Source: Octopus vulgaris
Lineage: Eukaryota
DNA: 64,000 bases
Reading direction: 5' to 3'
NCBI GenBank assembly: GCA_951406725.2
Contig: OX597822.1
Span: forward strand, 71,548,001-71,612,000
The position numbers were made by a program, and so were the translations under genes. Under the pieces are notes generated by a model. It did no database searches, was not told the DNA's origin, and saw only the letters and a list, made by a program, of their open reading frames with translations. This document shows, in pieces, positions 55,541 through 64,000 of the stretch (position 1 is its first letter; the number at the start of each line of letters is the position of its first letter).

Positions 55541-56745
55541 AATTGTTCAGTTTTATTTCAAAATTTCTTGCCAATAGAGAAAGAACCGGTTTCTAACCTA
55601 GATCCAAGGCTCCTTCATTGGAATTTCAACATCAAAAACAGGGTATTTTTGTTTGTATGTATGTATACGTGCAGATTTGTATGTTTTATGTATGTATTCT
55701 CGTGCACATAGTTGCATATCTAGACATGTTCATATATATTTAAATGATAGACTTCTGGAAAGTTTTACAGATTTTTACAGTTCCAGTGATGGATTGTATC
55801 TATAGTCTTTGAATTAGCTTTCTCCCTTCTGTTTTTAAGAAGCCTAATTTCTCAAGATTGGTTATTTAGGCAGTGTGTTACGTATTTCAAGACCTCAATA
55901 ATTACAGTTATAAACCTGAACTTGTAATCTGGATAGAGTAACTGCATATTTCTCAATAGTTCAGCATAGGTGTTCTCTTTTCCACTGGTCTTCAGCTTTA
56001 TGTTAACATCCCCTCGGCAGCTAATTTCCAAAACTGTGCAGTTTCTCTTTTCTATCCCAAATCATTATATCAGGTCTGTTGTGCTTACATTTTATGTATG
56101 TATGTATGTATGTATGTATGTATGTATATATGTATTTATGTATACACACATATATTCTTTTATTCATTGACTTGTTTCAGTCATTTGACTGCAGCCATGC
56201 TGGAGCACTGCCTTCAGTCGAACGAATCAACTCCAGGACTTATTCTTTGTAAGCCTAGTACTTATTCTATCGGTCCCATTTTGCCAAACTGCTAAGTGAC
56301 GGGGATGTAAACACACCAACAGCGGTTGTCAAGTGATGGTGGAGGGGACAAACACAGACACAAATAATAAATACATACACATATATACATACAAGTTTCT
56401 TTCAGTTTCCGTCAACCAAATCTGCTCACAAGTCTCTGGTCAGCGCAAGGCTATTGTAGAAGACACTTATCCAAGGTGCCACACCATTGGACTGAACCCG
56501 GAACCATGTAGTTGGAAAGCAAGCTTCTTACCTACACAGTCACTCCTGTGCCTGTATATGTGTGTGTTTCTTTGCATCTGTGTTTGTCACCCTGCCCTAT
56601 TGCTTGACAATCAATGTCGGTTTGTTTACATCCCATAGCTTAGCAGTTAGGCAAAAAAGATCAGTAGAAAAAGTAGAGACTTCAAAATAAGTACAATGGT
56701 TGATTTGTTCAACAAAATCCCTTCAAAGAAGTGCATCAGCATTGG
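53640..56745. mobile_element. Cluster of family A SINEs (53640-53998 +, 54005-54160 +, 54828-55222 -, 56155-56552 -), family B (54215-54377) and an unclassified repeat (55540-56095)
   Basis: Family motifs as above. Confidence 0.8.
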
Positions 56746-57587
56746 TCCTGAAACACATGACATCACAGGCATTGTACTAACCCTGTTTAGATTCATTTTG
56801 AAGGAAGTGAGGAACTCTTTAACGTAAAGGGGTAAAAAACTCTAAGCCCTTCTTTAATCAATTATTTCTGTTTTGCAAATAAAAATAATAAATCGGAAGA
56901 ATAAATAAAGAGAGAAATAAGTCTCAGGGTGATCATAGCTCGGACATCATTGATCATAGATCTGCTCAGTCAGGGGCTATCCTAGAGCTGAACAACAACT
57001 GTAACAGCATCAACGTTACTGCTCTTCCCATCACAACGGCCACCACCATCATGACCATCATCATCGCTAACAATATCTTTAGCCCGTGGAAGCTGACTGC
57101 CCACTCACTCCGCCACCATCACAACCACCACCACCAGAGCTACCACCATCACCACCGCTGCCACCACCATCACATGCTATATATGGCAATTAAATGAAGA
57201 AGCTGCCCATGGAGACTTCAAACTTATGCAGCATGAAACCCAATGTAGTGTTACAGCAGTGATGTGTAACTGTGCAGTGAGTGAAGCAACAATGACCAAT
57301 CAGGAAGCAGTATTTGCAATACGTAGGATGTAGTGGTGTTGGAGGTGGTGGTGGTAGTGGTGGTGGTGGTAGTGGTGGTGGTGTGGAGGTGGGGTATATA
57401 TGCCTGATGAATTTATGGTCTTGCTCTTTTCTATGTCTCTCTCTCTCTCTCTCTTTTCCCCTGTCTCTATCGTTTACTCATACATACACACATATGCACA
57501 CAGATGCACACACATGCATGCACAAATACATGCACACACTGGCTATCTCACAGAGACTGACTTCCACTCTCTCTGTCCTTTTCATTC

Positions 57588-57623
<36 letters not shown>

Positions 57624-58290
57624 AGTATTCCTTCTTTAAATTAAAGTTTTCAATTTTAATTTCATAATGAATTAAACCGTATTACCACTCCCTCCACCAT
57701 CACCAACACCACTGCCACCACCGCCACAACACCTCCGCCTCCAAAGCTCCCTCCACCCCACCACACCACTAACGGTTGCCCCACCATCACCACCACAAGC
57801 AGTACTGACACCACCACCTCCACCACTATTACCACCACCACCACCACCAACATCACCCTCACCAAAAATACAATCACACCTTCCCCCCAGCTTGGGTATA
57901 AACTGCATAGTGGTGGAGGTGGTGATGGTGGTGGTGCTAGTGATGGTAGTGACAATGAGGATGAATGGGCAGTCAGCTTACAGAGGTGAAAGATGTTGAT
58001 GTTGTTGGTGGTGATGGTGGTGGTGGCGATGGTGGTTGTGGTAGAGGTAGTGGCGATGGTGTTGGTACAGGTTATGTAGTTAAGAAGTTTGCAGTGCAAC
58101 CACACTTCTGAATTTCATATCAGTGTATGGCATCTTGAGCAAGTTTTTCTGTTTTTTTCTCAGTGGTGCTCCAGCATGACCACAGCTGCATGGCTGAAAC
58201 AAATAAAAGAATAAAAAAACATTCAGCCTTACACTAACCAATATGTTGTGATTGAAATTTTCCTCCAGGGTCAATAGAATAACTACCCAC

Positions 58291-58762
58291 TTTACCCTTT
58301 GGCATTCATATTCTGTCAAATGTATTGCTTTGTTTTCATTCATTGTTCTGAATTAATCCTGCATTATCTTTTAACTTTGAGATTTTGATGAGGTAACTCT
58401 TAATTTTTAGAATAATATATTGTATGGTTGGTGTGAGAGGTCAAATCTGAGCAGTTTGAACATTAAAATATATAATAGAGAAACAATTCTTTACCCTTTT
58501 GATACCAACCCGGCTGAAACTGCTTCCGGCTCTATAGTACAAATGTATTGTTTTCAAAAGTTCTGAATTAAAATCTTCCACCAAACCTTAGTCACAATTT
58601 ATGTTCCTAACACTAGCTTAATGATAACTAAGTTATTTTACTAAATTCTTTGTTATATTTAAAATCAATTGAAAGAAACACAGAGCATCTCAACAGAAAT
58701 ATGGTAATGAAAGGGTAAAATAATTTGACCGGATATGGTCAGTTTAAATAAAAAAGGCTTAA
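58291..58762. mobile_element. piggyBac-like MITE with a second MITE nested inside (58490-58718)
   Basis: Outer TTTACCCTTTGGCATTC...GGCTTAA; inner TTACCCTTTTGATACC...AAAGGGTAA. Confidence 0.7.
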
Positions 58763-58785
58763 ATACTGGTTTATAAAAAAAAAAA

Positions 58786-61428
58786 TAATAATAATAATAA
58801 TGAAATTATTGTATACAGTGCTCAGGTGCACCACAACTTGTCAGAAAGTGCATATAAAGTACATGCAGTAATGTAAAAATGTCTGGAAAGCGAACAATGT
58901 ATGAGTCAGATACATGCTTGTGTGTGTATGGAGGGGAGAAAATCAAGTGTAGTGTTGGCGAATCTCAGGAAGCATGGAAGCCTTGAAGGATGCAGTGCTC
59001 CGACAACTAACAACCGATGCCGGCAGTTTGTTCCATGCTTCAGCAACTCTCAGCGTGAAAAAATGTTTCCTGAAGTCATGGGAGCTGTGCTGTTTTCTTA
59101 CTTTGTAAATATGTCCACGGGTGTTAGATGAGTGGAGTTTGAAGAGGTGCTCAGAGTTATTGTTTGTGCGATGGTTGATAATTTTATGGGTGTCTGCCAA
59201 GTCAGCTGCCAGACATCGAAGTTTCAATGTGTCCATGCCCAGGGAAGTAAGGCATTCAGGATATGGCAAATGCCTGATGGAGGGTATTCTTTTGGTTGCA
59301 TGTCGCTGAACAGCTTCCAGACGATTGATGTCCTGGGCAAGATAGAGGTTCCAGACCGGTGATGCAAATTCCAGGTGAGGTCTTACCATAGCTATATAAA
59401 GCCGCAGATAGATAGCCGGAGAGCGGCTCACAAAGGATTTGGTGAGTGATGCCAAGACACCCTCAGCCTTCTTGACAATTTTAGCGATGTGTTTTGTCCA
59501 ACGCAAATCACTGTCGACAATAACACCCAGGTCACGTTCACTTGAAGACTTTTTGAGACTAGTGTTGTGGAGGGAGTAGGTGGACGCTGGGTTTCTCCTC
59601 CCAAAATGCATGGTGGTACATTTGTCCACAGCCAGCTTGAGTTGCCAGTCCATGATCCACTGCTGCATTGTGTCCAGGTCTGCTTGCAATAGAGATCTAT
59701 AGTGTACAGGATTTGACCTCTTTATTTCGAGGTACAGCTTGATGTCATCTGCATATTTCAGCACTGTGGCATTCTTTAAGTTGGCATCTATGTCATTAAC
59801 ATATGCAACAAATAAAAGGGGGCCAAGAACAGATCCCTGTGGTACACCAGATGTCATCTCATAGGGCGAAGAGTGCTGTCCTAGAACTGTGACAACCTCC
59901 TTTCGGCTGAAAATAAAGGACTTTAACTAGTTATAGAGTTTGTCTCTTACACCCAACGCAGAAAGCTTCATCATAAGTCTTTTGTGTGGCACAGAGTTAA
60001 AAGCCTTAGCAAAGTCCAGGTAAACAACATCCACCCAGGATCCGCGATCAGTGATTTGGGTAACATCCTCAAGAAACTCGATGAGTTGATTACAGCAGCT
60101 GGAGTTAGGAATAAATCCGAATTGTGACGGCTGGATGAGGCTGTGATACTTCCAGAAGTTCCAGAGGGTTTCTCTGATACAGGATTCCATCAGTTTGGCG
60201 ATGCAGCTAGTAAGACTGATGGGGCGATAGTTGACAGGCGATGTGCGGACGCCTTTTTTGAACAGAAGGATGACACTGGTAGTTTTCCACTGTTCTGGAG
60301 TAACACCATTGTCAAGACAGAATTGGAAGAATAGAGAAAGTTGGCTTAGAAGAAAGTACCCACCGCGTTTGAGAAGTAGGTATGTAACACCATCGAGACT
60401 AGGAGAGGCATAATTGCGTTTATTTTTTAGGTGGCGTTGCAGCATTGCTGGTGTAAATTGCATAGTAGATATAGAGTCCGATGTCAGTGGTGATGAAGAT
60501 GGAACATTTTGGTCTTCGACAGTAAAGATGCCGGCATAGCATCCAGCAATGATTTCTGCACATTCTTCGGGATTGCCAGTAATCTGTCCTGTGTGGGGAT
60601 TGCGAAGGGGACCAACTGGAGAGTGGGGTCTCTGCTTTGAGTGCACATACTTCCAGAACACTTTGCTGTCAGGGTTAGCTGCAATGCGTTGTTCAAATTC
60701 AAGCACTGCCTTTTTTGTCACCTGCTTGAGGTGGTTGGCTGACCTATTGTGCTTTTTCCTGTTGCTCTCTGATTTGTGCAATTTGTATTCGCGCCAGTTT
60801 GGGCATTGCAGCTCAGTACAATAAGAGCTCCAGTTTGCTTTATTCCAGTCAAAGCGGGCAGTCTGAAGATGGTTGTGTTTTTTGTTACAACCAATCAGAG
60901 ACAAGTCGGCCATGATCATGGAATGATCAGAGTCACCTAAAGGTTCTTCGGTAGCGACACTAATGATTGTTTCAGGAGAAGCGGTAAGTAGCAGATCCAA
61001 AGTTTTGTTACCCCTTGTGGGGGAGGTAACAACTTGGGACCAATTTGAATTCAGCACCAGTTCAAGGAAATCGTCTGCACTTTGTAGCCAACGGAAGGCC
61101 TCCCAGTCAATCTCAGGGAAATTGAAGTCCCCCGCAATATACACATATGTGGCTGTTTTCATGGCAGCTGCCCTGAGGATTTCAAAAAGCTGTGCGTCTT
61201 GGTGATAATTTGGAGGACGGTAAACGACTCCGAGCAGAAGTGTTGACATGATCATGTGTATATTGCAGAAAAATACCTCCTGCTGAGATTGGTTCAAATC
61301 GTCACAGGGGATTGCCGATAGACTTGATCGAACATAAATCATCACACCCCCTCCATGGCAATTAATGCGGTCTTTGCGGAACAGGTTGTAGCCGGCTATG
61401 CTGAAAACTCCATCACAGAGTGCAGAGT
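58786..61428 (-). mobile_element. CR1-clade LINE, 5'-truncated, (TTA)n tail
   Basis: EN motifs GVVYRPP, GDFN, TLDL, SDH; RT motifs NYRPISLTS, QFGF, YLDFAKAF, GVPQGSVLGP, YADD; C-terminal VRPHLEFASPVW and RVAEAWNKLP. Confidence 0.97.
58943..61420 (-). pseudogene. APE endonuclease-reverse transcriptase ORF2 with one internal TAG
   Basis: ORFs 59927-61345 and 58943-59857 are in the same frame, joined by 23 sense codons (LKSFIFSRKEVVTVLGQHSSPYE) after the TAG at 59927-59929. Confidence 0.93.
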
Positions 61429-61497
61429 TTCAATATAAACATCAAAAACAAAGAAAAATATTATAAAAAAAACATGGCTTTCTTTCTATATTACAAG

Positions 61498-61602
61498 AGA
61501 AAGTATTGAGAACCGATACTTCTTTAGCAAAACTTTTTTCATCAGCTTCTTCCAATTTTACTTGGAAAGGGAAGCATTTTCTTCCAAGGAATTTGTTGAA
61601 AG
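61498..61602 (+). CDS. Possible host exon (105 nt, symmetric), product unknown
   Basis: Consensus donor AAG|GTAAGT, pyrimidine-rich AAG acceptor, open frame KVLRTDTSLAKLFSSASSNFTWKGKHFLPRNLLK. No recognised homology. Confidence 0.22.
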
Positions 61603-61951
61603 GTAAGTAGGAGTATATGGGCATGAACTTTGTGAAGGGGTATGTGTTTATAACCCCAGGCCCTTAATCTTCCATAGTCAGAGTAATCCTGGATCCATGA
61701 GGCCTCCCGATTGGCCCTGCGTGACAGTCCTCTTTCTTCAAACTTCAGAATACTCGCACACACACACGCACACACACACACACACAGATGTTACCATGTA
61801 GACCATCTATTTTCATTCATTTGTCTGATTTCTTTGTAAGCTCTGCACTTTTTTTATAACCCCTTCTCATAGTATCTCCTCATCTGTTGCTCATGTGGCA
61901 ATAAAGAAAATATTATTATTATTATTATTATTATTGTTGTTGTTGTTGTTG

Positions 61952-61992
<41 letters not shown>

Positions 61993-62022
61993 ATTATTAT
62001 TATTGTTATTATTATTATTATT

Positions 62023-62234
62023 AAGATGGCAAGCTAACAGAATCATTAGCATGCTAAACAAATTGCATAGTGGTATTTGCCTGTTGCTACATTCTGAGTT
62101 CAAATTCCACTGAGGTCAACTTTGCCTTTCAGTCTTTTGAGGTCCATAAATTAAGTACCGGTTGAGTACTGATGTCTATGTAATCAATTATCCCACTCCC
62201 CTGAATTTCAAGCTTTGTGCCTACAATAGAAAGG

Positions 62235-62236
<2 letters not shown>
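62023..62236 (+). mobile_element. Family E SINE between (TTA)n tracts
   Basis: GATGGCAAGCTAACAGAATCATTAGC...GAGTTCAAATTCC...AAATTAAGTACC. Confidence 0.8.
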
Positions 62237-62332
<96 letters not shown>

Positions 62333-62334
62333 CA

Positions 62335-62371
<37 letters not shown>

Positions 62372-62375
62372 CATT

Positions 62376-62636
62376 CAGTAGTTTTATTTTTATATTGTCC
62401 TTTCACTTCACTACCGTGTGCAGCTCTGTGTGCCTTGGGTATGTGCTGTGGTTTTATGTTCTTATTGTTACTGTATTGAAAGCGTTTTGCATAGGATGTG
62501 TGCAGTGCCCAGTAGTGCAATTTTCTGTATGTTATATATATTTGTAAGTCCTGGTGTTTTTGTTATGTAGTTGTCTGAATATTTTTTTATCATACTTTGT
62601 GCACCTAGTATGATAGAAATTGTTTCTGTTTTTAGA
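62376..62636 (-). mobile_element. R4/Dong-like LINE 3' end within (TAA)n
   Basis: LKTETISIILGA...IQKIALLGTAHILCKTL*, then a short 3'UTR; TAA repeats on both sides. Confidence 0.8.
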
Positions 62637-62655
62637 TTATTATTATTATTATTAT

Positions 62656-62884
62656 TTAACCCTTTCATTACTGTATTTATTTTGAGATGCTCTGTTTTTC
62701 TTTCAGTTATTTTTGATATAGCAAAGAATTTTGTAAAATGACTTAGTTATTGTTAAGCTAGTGTTAGGAACATAAATTGTGACTAAGGTTTGGCAGAAGA
62801 TTTTAATTCAGAACTTTTGAAAACAAGACATTTGTGCTACAGAGCCAGAGGTGGTTTTAGCCAGGTTGGTAACAAAAGGGTTAA
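62656..62884. mobile_element. piggyBac-like MITE
   Basis: TTAA-CCCTTTC...AAAAGGG-TTAA. Confidence 0.85.
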
Positions 62885-62939
62885 GATGTTACACAATGTC
62901 AAATATCATGATGTTGTTGATTGAAGATATTGTGTCCAC

Positions 62940-63500
62940 CAAGGGTTTGCCCTGTCTGTCAAGTCACAACAAGGACCTCAGACAGACAGTACTTTACACA
63001 ATATGTGTGCAGTTCCAAGTAATGCTGATTTTTTGCAATAGACCCAGATTGTAGAGGATTTCTAAAGTTTCCAGATGTTTTTTTCAGGTTGGTTGGTATT
63101 GAACCCAATGCTCTGATGACAATAGGGATAACCTCTATGTTTGACTCTCGTAGCTTCCATATCTTAACGATCACAATTCTCAGGTCTCCATATTTATCAA
63201 TCTTTTCTCTTTCTTTCATGGTAATATGTTGATCTCTTGGCACTGCTATGTCGATTATTAAGCACTCTTGTTTGTCCCTCCTAAAGGTTACTATATCCAG
63301 CCTTCAGTGCTCTAACACCTGTCTGGAAGTGAAAGTCTCAGAGGATTTTTGCCTTCCCCTTTTCATCCATTACTTTCTCTGATGTATGTTGGTACCAAGC
63401 ACCAGTAACCTCGTATCCATACTTCTGGCATAGTAATCTGTGAAGGTTTTGGGCTACCTTGTGGCTGCGCTTGTACTCTTTCTGCGCAAGACTTTCACTA
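62940..63500 (-). mobile_element. R4/Dong-like LINE fragment (restriction-like endonuclease domain)
   Basis: LAQKEYKRSHKVAQNLH...WYQH...KAKIL; LIIDIAVPRDQHITMKEREKIDKYGDL...VIPIVIRALG. Confidence 0.85.
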
Positions 63501-63538
63501 TCATTATTTTTGTTATTGTTGTTGTTACTATTATTATT

Positions 63539-64000
63539 GAGTGAGAGAGCAGTGCATGCCATCAAAATGACACTGGAGTAAAATATATGAAGCCCAGTAT
63601 ACCCATCATGACTACCCGTCTGATAAGGGTACACTAGGCACATGCATCACAACCATATGTACACAACATGGTGATCTCATATCAAGATAAACAGTGCATG
63701 AGCTTGCATGTGGGGGCCCAGTTAGAATTTTCATCAGGTTGAGTAGCCCATCCTTCTCAAAAGGTCCCTGAATAAAGGTTATTTAAGGATGTTGAATGAA
63801 ACACCCAACTTTCCTGAAATGAATTATCCAAACACCAAAGAATCCCTTTCAACACATGGCTATGATGCTTCCCCACTACTTCTGCTCGTGATCAGAAAAG
63901 CACATATTGTCAACCACTAAGGGACATGCTCAACTGGTTAAGGTCAAATAGCTGACAAGCAGATCTGTGGTATTGAGCAGAATATTTGATGTAGCCCATC
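63539..64000 (-). mobile_element. Family D repeat (runs off the window edge)
   Basis: Reverse complement of 32505-32966. Confidence 0.85.

Noticed and set aside
58943-61345. Two separate genes or an active LINE
   Set aside because: One ORF2 split by a nonsense codon, 5'-truncated and lacking ORF1 and a promoter.

Overview
AT-rich, repeat-dominated eukaryotic DNA. The mix of very long (TA)n/(CA)n/(GATA)n/(AAT)n/(GGT)n tracts and the SINE families present point to an octopus (coleoid cephalopod) genome; this is an inference from recall, not a search. No host gene is recognisable, and most ORFs in the track are microsatellite artefacts. Supported content: (1) a 5'-truncated CR1-type LINE whose EN-RT frame is broken by one TAG (58786-61428); (2) remnants of Tx1/L1, RTE, R4/Dong-like and Penelope retroelements; (3) an internally deleted hAT transposon with a perfect 8-bp TSD; (4) piggyBac-like and hAT-like MITEs; (5) many tRNA-derived SINEs, including tandem trimers and an inverted pair; (6) a 118-bp minisatellite inside a MITE. 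The most interesting signal is a set of short non-coding, often palindromic elements carrying minimal hammerhead-ribozyme motifs of the Penelope type. One family has a G3-C8 swapped core (GUGAACA) and a self-complementary stem III. Another fuses a tRNA-derived Pol III head to a hammerhead tail and may be a Penelope-mobilised SINE. A few weak exon candidates are listed at low confidence.
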